A stretch of 64,000 bases of DNA. Source: Octopus sinensis (taxonomy: Eukaryota). Position numbers and translations under genes: made by a program. The first letter of the stretch is position 1, and each line of letters starts with the position of its first letter. Below the pieces are notes generated by a model. It was not told the DNA's origin. It did not search any database and saw only the letters and a list, made by a program, of their open reading frames with translations. Positions 25,382 to 38,814 of this stretch are shown one piece after another. The stretch covers positions 1 through 64,000 of the forward strand of contig NW_021833430.1 of assembly GCF_006345805.1 (NCBI RefSeq), written 5' to 3'.

Positions 25382-28300
25382 CAGCATGCTATAAATGATA
25401 TATGATCAGTGTTGTGTGATGCGAAAATGGGCCTTTATCAAGAGTTTCTTACATCATCTGTTGTAATGTAATGTTATAATGACTATAAATAACTTTAGAT
25501 AATACAAAGCTCTTCCATGTATTTCTCATTATTTTTTTAACATTTCCCATATTTTAATGTGTATAAGGAACCCCTAATTTTGGGGTTTTTTAATTTTTGA
25601 AAAATGGTTTTGTAAGGGATTATAATACTATCCATGTATAAGAAACTCCCATACTTCTTAAACCTAATTATTGACAAAAAAGGGTTCCTTAAAATACAGT
25701 ATATATAAAGTATGTCTTGTATGTATCATTAGATGTGTGACAGCTACTGTCGAGTTTAGACCTCCATGTAGATAATCATCACTCTGTCTGCTTCCAGTAT
25801 AAGGGTTTCAATGATTTGACTGCTGTATTTAGTAATATTACTGGTTATGATGTACTGAGCTAATGTCAGAGAAATTATGATAAACACATCATTATCATCA
25901 TCGTTATACATCCATTTTCCTTGCTGTGATGGGTTGGATGGTTTGGCCGGGGTCTGGGAAGCCAGGAGGCTGCGCCAGGCTCCAGTCTGATCTGGCAGTG
26001 TTTCTACAGCTGGATGCCCTTCCTAACGCCAACCACTCCAAGAGTGTAGTGGGTGCTTTCTATGTGCCACCGGCACAGGGGCCAGACGAGGCTGGCAAAT
26101 GGCCATGGTTTGTTGGTGCTTTTTACATGTCACTGACATGGACCTCAGTCAGGTGGCGCTGGCATCATCCACGTTTCAGCTGAATATACGTCATTGATTG
26201 GTTGAAATTACTGAAATATGACAACCTTAACAAAAAATAACTTCCAAAATACAGAATTTTTTCAACAACACCAAGAGTAAAAGATGTTTTATGTGACACA
26301 TTCTACAAGTATACAAAGTTTGAAAGTGTTTAGTTAAAAAAAATTATTTTTTAAATCTGTCGGTCAAAAGGTAAAGTTCCATAAATGGTATAGATTTGTG
26401 TTTATTGGAATTTCTCAAATATATCTCTTTTCTTTTACTTGTTTCAGTCATTGGATTGGAGCCATGCTGGGGCACTGCTTTGAACGAATCAACCCCAGTA
26501 CTTATTTTGTTGAAGCCTGGTACTTATTCTTTTAGTTTCTTCTGCTGAACCACCAAGTTACAGGAACATAAACAAACCAATACCAGCTGTCAAGTGGTGG
26601 TGGGAACAGACATAAATAGAAAGACACACACACAGAAATATGTACCTGTATATATATACAATGAACTTATTTTAGTTCCTGCTTACCAAATCCAATCACA
26701 TGCCCTTGGTCAGCCCAGGGCTGTAGGAGAAGACATTTACTCAAAGTGCCACACAGTGGGACTGAACCTGTATCATGTGGTTGGGAAGCAAACTTCTTGC
26801 CACACAGCCATGCCTGCACCTATTTACACACATACACACACACGCATGCATGCTCACTGCTTGTATTTATTAGTATTTTTCAATAAAATATTTCAAAATG
26901 CTTTTTAGTTTGAGTTATAACTGATTTGGTTTATAATTTGTTTTTGTTTTTTTGTTTATTGCAGATTATCTTCTGATTTAGCCGATCTATAATCAGATAT
27001 TCCCACTTGACATTTAATTTGTAGGTAGAAACAATAGCATGATGTCGAGGATTAATTAGCGTGTATGTCCATTCTTTTAAAGATGCCAAGATTTAAGTAG
27101 TTTTAAGGAAAATTTGGCTAATATTTCTAGCAGAATGATTGACTTGTAGTAGCTCCTCTGTTGGCTGGTTTGAGTTATAATTAATAATTACATCACTAGG
27201 TAAGACAAGCTGACACTGAATCAGCTTCGCTGACTGACAGGTGACAATCGTTTAGAGAATGCGCGGGCTAAGACTACGCGCCTTCACTAGTCAGTTAAGG
27301 TGAGACAGTGTCACGTGACAACTTGCTTGGGCTGCCTACTGGAGCCTAGCAGCAGGTATTTAAAGGGAAAAATTTGACAAGTCAGTCAGTCACCGGCTGA
27401 CGCTCGCTGACGATACATCGAAGAGGCCAGGGAACATAAGAAAGAAGACATGCACCCAACACCAGAGCTGAAGACACCTCCGAAAGTGTGGGGGGGGGCC
27501 GCCACGTCAAAACGGTAGAGGAGTAGGGGCCGAAACCGGACGTGGTTCCTCCTGAGGATGTCTTGAGCTAACTGGATCCTATAAAGGAGCTTTTGTGGTA
27601 GCAGACCACGAAACACGGTTGTAATTCCTGTTGCTAATAGATGTAAAACTTACTTTTCTAATCTACTGGCCTTGCAAACACTGAAGGAAGCATACAACCT
27701 TTCCTCTCGTTATTACTCCTTCAATACTTCTAGATATCTAACTTGAATAGTCTCATCACAAGGAATATCTGTTCTCTACCTAAATTATAATATTTGATGC
27801 TGTCATTGTTAAGCTCCAGTTGAAAAATGATTGATCAGGCTTCAGCTATCAGCATCCTATCTTATTTTTGGAGATTGTATAGCTGTGTGTTAAGAAGTTT
27901 ACTTTCCAGCCCCATAGTGTTAGATTCAGCCCCACTGTGTGACACTTTGGGAAAGTGTTTTCTACTATTAATGGACCGGCTAGTGGCCGTTCGCCAGCCT
28001 CGTCTGGCACCTGTGTCGGTGGCACATAAAATCACCCACTACACTCTCGGAGTGGTTGGCGTTAGGAAGGGCATCCAGCTGTAGAAACACTGCCAGATCT
28101 GACTGGTCTGGTGCAGCCTTCAGGCTTCCCAGACCCCAGTTGAACCGTCCAACCCATGCTAGCATGGAAAGCGGACGTTAAACGATGATGATGATGATGA
28201 TTAACTAGAGGCAATTCTTTCTTTCTCTCTGAATTGGTTATATTTCATTATAAGAAATATTGTGAAGAACCATTTGCAGGGAGGGAAAGTGTGAGGAATG

Positions 28301-29989
28301 CATGGTGTTGACTGGAAAGGATGAAGGTGGCATCATCTTTGCTCAAATACGAATAGAACAGAGTGGTGACATTTAGTAGAGATGACCTGGATGTAGTTCC
28401 TCTTTGATTACTATTGCAAACAACAGTAGCTTTCTTCAACTGAATACATATCGTTGATTGGTTGAAATTACCCAGATATGACAACTTTAACAGGAAATAG
28501 CTTCTAAAATACCAAATTTTGTCAAAAATGTTCAAAGTAAACTGTGTTCTACATGAGATTCCACCAGTATATAAAGTTTCAAACTGTTTGGTTAAAAAAA
28601 ATTAATTAAAAAAATCTGTGCACCAAACTGAACAGATCCCAAAATTCTAATTAGTCACAGTTCGTCAATGCTCAGAACAATACTAAAACTGTAGTATGAA
28701 AGATGTTTTACTAGGGTCAGTACAGTCATGCCTTTACACAACCTCTCAGCACCAAATGTCAAGAGTTCACATTTTGGAGAGAGGCTTCTTATTTCTTTAC
28801 TGCCCACAAGGGGCTAAACACAGAGAGGACGAACAAGGACAGACAAACTGATTAAGTCGGTTACATCAACCCCAGTGTGTAACTGGTACTTAATTTATCG
28901 ACCCTGAAAGGATGAAAGGCAAAGTCGACCTCGGCGGAATTTGAACTCAGACGTAACGGCAGACGAAATACGGCTATGCATTTCGCCCGGTATGCTAACA
29001 TTTCTGCCAGCTTGCCACAGCAGTCATATTTCTTGTTTATATTGGAGAGAGGCTTCTGCACATGATTATCAGGATTTGGAACAGACTTCCAAGGATTATC
29101 ACAAGAGGCATTTTCGTCAACAAAGTATAAGCTTTTAAATTGTGTGTGAGCAAACACTCCTTGTTATTTTTGCCATTGGAAATGCAATGAACTCAGTGAC
29201 TGGCCTGTTGAAAATCTATAATTAACAACTGTTTACAAATATATGATAGAGATGGAAGAATGTAAAAGAAAATGGTTAAAGCAGTCATATTTGTTGTCTG
29301 TATTATGACCAATTAAGACAGTGCAAAACACTGAACTTGTTAGCTTTATTAACAAATGCCCGGTTTTTTTTTTCTAAAAGTTTCCATCTTTGGCTATAGA
29401 TAAGTGTCAAGTTGTGTTATATAGGTGAAAAAATGTTTTCATTATGAGACTTGTTAAAAAGCTTAGAAACTGAAGAAGAAAAAGATGATGTAAACAAACA
29501 ATTAGAGTACCAAAACAAAAAAAAATGGTTCACTTGAACAATATTGATTTTTCTTTATATTTTTAGGTATTTAAACCTGACCCAGTTGGTCACAAATAAT
29601 GGAAAACCTTTAGGGAGATCTTGCCAAAGTCTATTGTCTGAGCATCTTCCCTGTAATATATTGCACGTGTGTAGCTGGTGTTCCATTTTACAGTCAAGAG
29701 TCTACTTTGCAGTAACAGGAACTTCCAATGTGTGTATGAAAGGAGCTGTAGATACCTTGTAGCTATGCACTCTCAAACTACCCTTTATTTTTATATTTAT
29801 AGATGGAGATTTTTTGTACATTTGAAAACATTGCACACATACACATGTACACACACATGCACACACAAACACACATGCACACACAAACACACATGCACAA
29901 GCATTTGCACATACATGTGCACACATGTACACACACAAGCACATGCACACATGCACACACAAACACACACACATACACAAACACAGACA

Positions 29990-30048
<59 letters not shown>

Positions 30049-31522
30049 GCATATGTACGATGGGCTTCTTTCAGTTTCCGTCTACCAAATCCACTCACAA
30101 GGCTTTAGTCGGCCCAAGGCTATAGCAGAAGACACTTCACCAAGGTGCCACGCAGTGGGACTGAACCTGGGACCATGTGGTTGGTAAGCAAGCTACTTAC
30201 CACACAGTCACTCCTGCACACACATGCAACACACACACACACACACATGCATCACATTTAGACTACAAACTGTGAATTAAGGGGAAACAAAAAAAATAGC
30301 TGGTCCGTCACTCCATGAATTCTGCCATTTCATCAAACTCTAGTAACACTTTCAAATTTTGGCACATGGCTAGCAATTCTGATGGAAGTGAGTTAGTAAA
30401 TGACATCGACAAGCCCCCACCCCACCCCCAGGGCTTGATTTATCGACCTTAAAAAGATGAAAGGCAAAATCAACCTCAGCTGAATTTAAAAAGCCAGAAG
30501 GAATGCCACTAAACATTTTATCCAAAGCACTAATGATTCTGCCTACCCACTCTCTGTGTGTGTGTGTGTGTGTGTGTGTATTATAGGCACAGAACCCTGG
30601 AATTTGGGGGAATGGGGATAGTTGATTACTTTACCCCCAAAGCTCAACTGGTACTGTTTTATCAACCCCAAAAGGATCAAAGACAAAGTTAACCTTGGCA
30701 GCATTTGAACTCAGAATGTTAAGTCAGAAGTAATGCTGCTGAGCATTTTATCGAATAGGTTAATGATTTTGCCAGCTTGCTGTCATCTTATCCCCATCTA
30801 ATAATAATAATAATAATAATAATAATTTCTATAAAGGCTTCTTCTTTATTTTCATTCCATGCTGTTCTAGATCACTCTTTTCTTAGACAGTTCCAGTAGA
30901 ATAACGGTTTTCTTCTGTGATGAGGTCGCTCCTTACATACCTTCTTCATTTATGGAGAAGAGAAAACTGAGTTGTTCTTACGACTCTTCCTACAATACAA
31001 TGTGGATGATTCTGAGAGAGAGAGAAAGAAGCAGAAGAAGAAGAATCGATGCTAGTACTTTATTGGTACTTTATTTGTCAATTTTAGATGGCTGGAAGAC
31101 TTTCACAGGATTTGGACTCTGAGTGTAGAAAGCTACAATAAATTCCAGAAGTCATTCTATCAGATGTTCCACTGACTATTAACTTGTTTCTTGTCTAATA
31201 TCGGCAGAAGATCACACATTTTGGGTGAAGTACAGCTTATTAGATTCACCACTGTATTTGCGATACCGATCCTAGAAAGATGAAAGAATTACCATAGTAA
31301 AATTTGAACTTTGTAGGTTAGCAACATTGGAAGATATTTAGTCTGAGCTTCTACCAATTCTACCATCCACTGCCTTTTACAATGATTGTTTGTAATGTAA
31401 GCACAAGACCAGAGCTTTGGAAGAAGGACATTAATTGATAAACACTTTTGTTACTATATTTATGTTGAAATACACCACCAGTGTTAAAAAGGATTTTGAA
31501 AATAATAAAGATTGTATTAAGA

Positions 31523-32620
31523 TATTAGGTTGTCAAGAAGTTCTTGTGGAATTTTTAATTTTGGTTTTAAATGATGTATTTTCAAATTAATTTTCGATAA
31601 ATTACTTTTACTTTATATATAATTTTAAAGTCCGTTTTTCGCTCTATCTAATCGTGTTGCTCTTTTTCTTTTTGAATAATTAGGCCATTTTTTTCCGGAA
31701 TGTTGAATACAACATTGACAAAAAGCAAATTGGCACAATTTTCTTATTCCAGTTCAAGCTAGGCCGAAAAGCTGCTGAAACAGCTCGCGATATCAACCAC
31801 TAATGAACGTACAGCACAATGGTGGTCCAAGAAATTTTGTAGTGGTGACGAGAGTCTTGAAGATGATAAGCATAGTGGTTGACCATCAGATGTTGACAAC
31901 AATCAACTAAGAGCCTTAGTGGAAGCCAATCCATGCACACGTGTTCGAGAGCTTGCTTCTGAATTAGACATAACATATACGATAATTTCCAACCACTTGA
32001 AAGAAGTTGGAAAAACAAATATATTTGAGAAATGGGTGCCGTGTGAACGACAACCAAAAAACGCCGTCTTGAACAACAACCAAAAAACGCCGTTTTGAAG
32101 TGTCGTCTTCCCTTCTTTTACACAACAAGAATGACCCATTTCTTGACTGGATTGTGACTTGTGATGAAAAGTGGATTCTCTACGACAACTGACAACACTC
32201 AGCTCAGTGGTTGGATGCCGACGAAGCTCCACAGCACTTCCCAAAGCCAAAGTTGCACCAAAAGAAAGTCATGGTGACTGTTTGGTGGTTTGCGGCCAGT
32301 CTCATCAATCACAGCTATTGTATCCAGGTGAAACCATTATGGCAGAGAAGTACTGTCAGCAAATGGATGAAATGCATAGGAAACTCCAACAACAACAGCC
32401 AGCATTGGTCAATAGAAAAGGACCAATTCTTCTCCATGACAACGCTCGGCCGCATGTCACACAACTGACCCTGCAGGAGTTGAATGAATTGGGATACAAA
32501 ACTCTGCCTCATTCGCCTTACTCACCAGACCTCTCGCTTACCGACTACCACTTTTTCAAGCATCTCAACAACTTCCTGCATGAGAAATGCTTCAAAAACC
32601 TAGACGATGCCAAACATGCC
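31523..32620 (+). mobile_element. Decayed mariner element (Hsmar1/cecropia-like), right TIR not found
   Basis: Left TIR tattaggttgtc; disrupted transposase from ATG 31700: FKLGRKAAETARDI, WVP, IVTCDEKWILYDN, LLHDNARPH, YSPDLSLTDYHFFK; stops and frameshifts. Confidence 0.9.
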
Positions 32621-32997
32621 TATTTTTATTTTCCTAAAATTTTCGTTGCGTCTTGCAACCTTTTCAATAGTCTAACTCATATAAAGAATCTTGCAAACCA
32701 AATCCCAAAACGAAAGGTAAAAAATTACTAAAGACAAAATTTGTAAATCTACTCCATACATTGCAAGTTAATGACTTCCTGGTGCCTGATGGGATCTAGT
32801 TAAACTTTCTATATCAGGTTGGGCAACTGTTGAGAACCTCTGCAGTAGAGTGTTGTGAGTACATGACAGTAGAGTAGAGTTACATGACAACATTCCAGAT
32901 ATCAGGTGTCCAGGCTTATTCTTTGTTTAATTCAGGAATGCTTCAAAGCTATGGGTAGAGCTATGGGAAAATGTGTCTGACATAAAATGGCACATTT

Positions 32998-33098
32998 ACA
33001 TCATCATCATCATCATCATCATCATCACCATCACCATCATCATAATCATCATCATCACCATCACCATCATCATCATCATCACCATCACCATCATCGTT

Positions 33099-33129
<31 letters not shown>

Positions 33130-33159
33130 CCATCATCGTCATCGTCGTCGTCATCGTCG

Positions 33160-33193
<34 letters not shown>
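32998..33193. repeat. (CAT)n microsatellite, expanded tail of a family D element
   Basis: Direct reading; explains the poly-His/Ile/Met ORFs. Confidence 0.95.
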
Positions 33194-33498
33194 TTAATGT
33201 CCATCTTCCATGTTGGCATGAGTTGTATGGTTTGACAGGAGCTGGCCAGGAAGACTACACCAAGCTACTGTGTCTGTTTTGGCATGATTTTTATGGCTGG
33301 GTGCCCTTCCTAACACCAACCACCCCATAGTGTGGTCTGAGTGCCTTTTTACCTGGCACCACCACAGGTAAGATCAGCTTCAGCATGGTTTTTACAGCTG
33401 AATGCCCTTCCTAATTGCCAACCACTTCAGAGTGTGAACTGGATGCTTTTTTTACCTGGCACCAACACTGGCAGGTTCACTAAGTAACTTGCAAGACA

Positions 33499-34586
33499 GT
33501 TTTCGAAAATTTTCACTGAAAATTTTCACCGAATATTTTCTCCAAAAATTTTTCGAAAATTTTCACTGAATATTTTCGGCAAAAATTTTCGAAAATTTTC
33601 ACCGAAAATTTCCCCCCAAAATTTTTCGAAAATGTTAACCGAAAATTTTACCCAAAAATTTTTCGAAAATTTTTCAGAAATTGGCACCGCTGACTTTCCA
33701 TACTTTGTGATTTGGGCATCGCTGTCTTTCCGTACTTTGTGATTTTGGCACCACTGGCCTTCCATACTTTGTGATTTTGGCACCAAAAATTTACCCAAAA
33801 ATTTTCCGAAAATTTTAACCCAAAAAGTTTTGGAAAATTTCACCTAAAAAGTTTTCGAAAATTTTCACTGAATATTTTCCCCAAAAATTTTTCGAAAATG
33901 TTAACCGAAAATTTTACCCAAAAATTTTGCAGACATGTCACCAAAAGTTTTTCAAAAATTTTTCAGAAATTGTGATTTGGGCACCGCTGTCTTTCCGTAC
34001 TTTGCGATTTTGGCACCAATGGCCTTCCATACTTTACCCAAAAATTTTGCGAAATTTTCACCTAAAAAGTTTTCGAAAATTTTCACTGAAAATTTTCACC
34101 GAAAACTTTACCCAAAAACTTACCGAAAATTTCACCTAAAAAGTTTTCGTAAATTTTCACCGAAAACTTTACCCAAAAATTTACCGAAAATTTTCACCGA
34201 AAATATCAAGTAATGAGTTTTCGAAAATTTTCACTAAAAATTTTCACCGAAAATTTTACTCAAAAATTTTTACCAAAAATTTTTCGAAAATGTTAACCGA
34301 AAATTTTACCCAAAAATTTTTCGAACATTTCACCAAAAATTTTTCGAAAATTTTCACCGAAAATGTTACCCGAAAATTTTTCGGAAATTGGCACCGCTGT
34401 CTTTCCATACTTTGTGATTTTGGCACCACTGGCCTTCAATACATTGTGATTTTGGCACCACTGGCATTCCATACTTTGTGATTTTGGCACCGCTGGCCTT
34501 CCATACTTTGTGATTTTGGCACCGCTGGCTTTCCTTACTTTTTCGAAATTTTCCCCCCAAAATTTGGAGAAAACTTTCACCGAAAA
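33499..34586. repeat. A/T-tract satellite (GAAAATTTTC-type, ~10-12 bp period) interleaved with blocks of a 32-bp unit
   Basis: 32-mer CACTGGCCTTCCATACTTTGTGATTTTGGCAC in blocks at ~33681-33783, 33970-34033, 34389-34535. Confidence 0.9.
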
Positions 34587-37500
34587 GGAATGCCGACAGA
34601 GATCAAAGGGGAGTACCGACATAGATCAAAGAGGAGTGCCGACAGAGATCAAAGAGGAATACCGACAGAGATCAAAGAGGAATGCCGACAGAGATCAAAG
34701 AGGAATGCCGACAGAGATCAAAGGGGGGTACCGACAGAGATCAAAGAGGAATGTCGTCAGAGATCAAAGAGGAGAGATCAAAAGGGAGTACTGCCGACAT
34801 AGATCAAATAGGAGTACCGACAGAGATCAAAGAGGAATTCCGACAGAGATCAAAGGGGAGTACCGACAGAGATCAAAGGGGAGTACCGACAGAGATCAAA
34901 GAGGAATGCCGACAGAGATCAAAGAGGAGTACCGACAGAGATCAAAGAGGAATGCCGACAGAGATCAAAGAGGAATACCAACAGAGTTCAATGGGGAGTA
35001 CCGACAGAGATCAAAGAGGAATGCCGACAGAGATCAAAGGGGATTACCGACAGAGATCAAAGAGGAGTGCCGACAGAGATCAAAGAGGAATATCGACAGA
35101 GTTCAAAGGGAAGTAGTGACAGAGATCAAAGAGGAATGCCGACAGAGATCAAAGAAAATGCCGTCAAAGATCAAAGAGGAATGCCGAAAGAGATCAAAGA
35201 GGAATCCCGACAGAGATCAAAGAGGAGTACCGACAGATATCAAAGAGGAATGTCGACAGAGATCAAAGGGGATTACCGACAGAGATCAAAGAGGTGTGCC
35301 AACAGAGATCAAAGGGGAGTATTCACAGAGATCAAAGAGGAGTGCCAACAGAGATCAAAGAGGAATGCCGATAGAGATCAAAGAGGAATGCCGACAGAGA
35401 TCAAAGGGGAGTACCGACAGATATCAAAGAGGAATGCCGACAGAGATCAAAGAGGATTACCAACAGAGAACAAAGAGGAATGCCGTCAGAGATCAAAGAG
35501 GATTGCCGACAGAGATCAAAGGAGAGTACCGACAGAGATCAAAGAGGAGTACCGACAGAGATCAAAGAGGAGTGCCGACAGAGATCAAAGAGGAGTACCG
35601 ACAGAGATCAAAGAGGAATGCCGATAGAGATCAAAGGGATGTACCGAAAGAGATCAAAGAGGAATGCCGATAGAAATCAAGGGGGAGTACCGACAGAGAT
35701 CAAATAGGAATGCCGACAGAGATCAAAGAGGAATGCCGACATAGATGAAAGAGGAGTATCGATAGATATCAAAGACAAATGCCGTCAAAGATCAAAGAGG
35801 ATTGCCGAAAGAGATCAAAGAGGAATGCCGACAGAGTTCAAAGAGGAATGTCGACAGAGATCAAAGGGGAGTACCGACAGAGATCAAAGAGGAATGCTGA
35901 CAGAGATCGAAGAGGAGTACCGACAGAGATCAAAGAGGATTGCCGACAAATATCAAAGGGAAGTACCGACAGATATCAAAGTGGAATGCCGTCAGAGATC
36001 AAAGAGGAATTCCGATAGAGATCAAAGGGGGGTACCGACAGAGATCAAAGAGGAGTACAAACAGAGATAAAAGAGGAGTACCAACAGAGATCAAAGAGGA
36101 ATGCCGACAGAGATCAAAGGGGATTACCGACAGAGATCAAAGAGGAATGCCGACAGAGATCAAAGGGGAGTACCGACAGAAATTAAAGAGGAATGCCGTC
36201 AGAGATCAAAGAGGAGTACATAGAGAGATCAAAGGGGAGTACCGACATAGATCAAAGAGGAATGCCGACAAAGATCAAAGGGGAGTACCGAAATATATCA
36301 AAGGGGAATACCTACAGAGATCAAAGAGGAGTACCGACAGACATCAAAGAGAAATGCCGTCAAAGATCAAAGTGGAGTACCGAAATATATCAAAGAGGAA
36401 TACCAACAGAGATCAAAGAGGAATGCCGACAGAGATCAAAGAGGAATGCCGACAGAGATCAAAGGAGAGTACCGACAGAGATCAAAGAGGAGTACCGACA
36501 GATATCAAAGAGGAGTACCGACAGATATCAAAGAGGAGTACCGACAGAGATAAAAAAGAAATGCCGATAGAGATCAAAGAGGAATCCCGAGAGAGATCAA
36601 AGGGGAGTACCGACAGATATCAAAGAAGAATACCGACAGAGATCAAATAGGAGTACCGACAGAGATCAAAGAGGAATGCCTACATAGATCAAAGTGGAGT
36701 ACCGACAGATATCAAAGACAAATGCCGTCAAAGATCAAAGAGGAATGCCGACAGAGATCAAAGGGGAGTACGGACAGAGATCAAAGAGGAATGCCGACAG
36801 AGATCAAAGAGGAGTACCGACAGAGATTAAAGAGGAATGCCGACAGAGATCAAAGGGGAACAGACATAGATCAAAGAGGAATGTCGTCAGAGATCAAAGA
36901 GGAATGCCGATGGAGATCAAGGGTGAGTACCGACAGAGATCAAATAGGAATGCCGACAGAAATCAAAGAGGAATGCCGATATAGATCAAAGAGGATTGCC
37001 GACAGAGATGAAAGTAGAATGCCGACAGAGTTGAAAGAGGAATGCCGACAAGGATCAAAGGGGAGTGCCGACAGATATCAAAGAAGAATACCGACAGAGA
37101 TCAAAGAGGAATGCCGACAGAGATCAAAGGAGAATACCAACAGAGATCAAAGAGGAATGCCGACAGAGATCAAAGAGGAATGTCGACAGAGATCAAAGAG
37201 GAATGCCGACAGTGATCAAAGGGGATAACCGACAGAGATCAAAGAGGAGTACCGAGAGATCAAAGGGGAGTACCGAAAGATATCAAATAGAAATACCGAC
37301 AGAGATCAAAGAGGAATGCCGACAGAGATCAAAGGAGAGTACCGACAGAGATCAAAGAGGAGTACCGACAGAGATCAAATAGGAGTACCGACAGAGATCA
37401 AAGAGGAATGCCAACAAAGATCAAAGAGGAGTACCGACAGAGATCAAAGAGGAGTACCGCGACAGAGATCAAGAGGAGTGCCGACAGATATCAAAGAGGA

Positions 37501-37969
37501 ATGCCGACAGAAATCAAAGGGGTGTACCGACAGAGATGAAAGAGGAAAGCCGACAGAGATCAAAGGGGAGTACCGAGAGAGATCAAAGAGGAATGCCGAC
37601 AGAGATCAAAGGGGAGTACCGACAGAGATCAAAGAGTAATGCCGTCAGAGATCAAAGAGGAATGCCGATACAGATCAAAGGGGAATACCGACAGAGATCA
37701 AAGAGGAATGCCGACATAGATCAAAGAGGAGTACCGACAGAGATCAAAGAGGAATGCCGACAGAGATCAAAGGGGAGTACCGACAGAGATCAAAGAGGAA
37801 TGCCGACAGAGATCAAAGAGGAGTACCGACAGAGATTGAAGAGGAATGCCGACAGAGATCAAAGAGGAATGCCGATAGAGATCAAAGGGGAGTACCGACA
37901 GAGATCAAAGAGGAATGCCGTCAGAGATCAAAGAGGAATGCCGACAGAGATCAAAAGGGAGTACCGACA
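34587..37969 (+). repeat. 23-bp tandem minisatellite, about 147 units
   Basis: Consensus GGAATGCCGACAGAGATCAAAGA with GGAGTACC and AAAGGGG variants; unit count estimated from length/23. Confidence 0.97.
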
Positions 37970-38223
37970 TTCCTCTTTGATCTCTGTCGGTACTTCTTTT
38001 TGATCTCTGTCGGCACTCCTCTTTGACCTCTGTCGGTACTCCTCTTTGAACTCTGTCGGTACTCTCGTTTGATCTCTGTCGACATTCCTCTTTGATCTCT
38101 CTTGGTACTCTCCTTTGATCTCTGTCGGTACTCCCCTTTGATCTCTGTCAGCATTTCTCTTTGATATCTGTCGGTACTCCTCTTTGATCTCTGTTGGCAT
38201 TCCTCTTTGATCTCTGACGGCAT
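37970..38223 (-). repeat. Inverted block of the 23-bp repeat, about 11 units
   Basis: TCTTTGATCTCTGTCGGTACTCC-type units directly abutting the forward array. Confidence 0.95.
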
Positions 38224-38814
38224 ACTTTGTGATTCCATACTTTGTGATTTATCCGAAAATTTTAACCCAAAAAGTTTTCGAAAATTTCACCCAAAATATG
38301 TTGAAAAATTTTCACTGAATATTTTCCCCAAATATTTTTCGAAAATTTTCACCCAAAATATCAAGCAAAATGTTTTCGAAAATTTTCACTGAAAATTTTC
38401 ACCGAAAATTTAATCCAAAAAGTTTTCGAAAATTTTAACCGAAAATTTTACCCAGAAATTTTCCGAAAATTTTAAACAAATTGTTGTCGCAAATTTTGTG
38501 TAAAATTTTTGGTGAAAATTTTCGAAAACTTTTTGGTTAAAATTTTCGGTTAAAATTTTCGAAAACTTTTTGTTTAAAATTTTGGGTGAAAATTTTCGAA
38601 ATGTTTTTGGTTAAAATTTTCGGAAAAATTTTGGTTAAAATTTTCGGTGAAAATTTTCGAAAACTTTTTGCCTAAAATTTTTGGAAAATTTTTGGGTAAA
38701 ATTTTCGAAAACTTTTTGGTTAAAACCGAAAACTTTACCCAAAAACTTACCGAAAATTTCACCTAAAAAGTTTTCGAAAATTTTCACCGAAAATTTTACC
38801 CAAAATTTTACCCA
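38224..38814. repeat. 32-mer remnant plus A/T-tract satellite with internal strand inversion
   Basis: C-type units 38251-38480, G-type (inverted) ~38481-38722, C-type again to 38814. Confidence 0.9.

Noticed and set aside
32171-32731. SETMAR-like fusion of the mariner transposase with the upstream methyltransferase
   Set aside because: Transposase has several stops and frameshifts and lies about 7 kb after the HEMK1 stop; no supportable splice link.
32973-33235. Poly-His/Ile/Met ORFs, and similar HT/YI/CV ORFs elsewhere
   Set aside because: Microsatellite translations.
34587-38223. CRISPR-like array
   Set aside because: Units are directly adjacent with no unique spacers, no cas genes, eukaryotic context.
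34510-38238. Long ORFs with MPTEIKEECRQRSKRNADRDQRG repeats
   Set aside because: A 23-bp unit without stop codons reads through all three frames; ORFs overlap in every frame and are broken at random, with no splice or start context.
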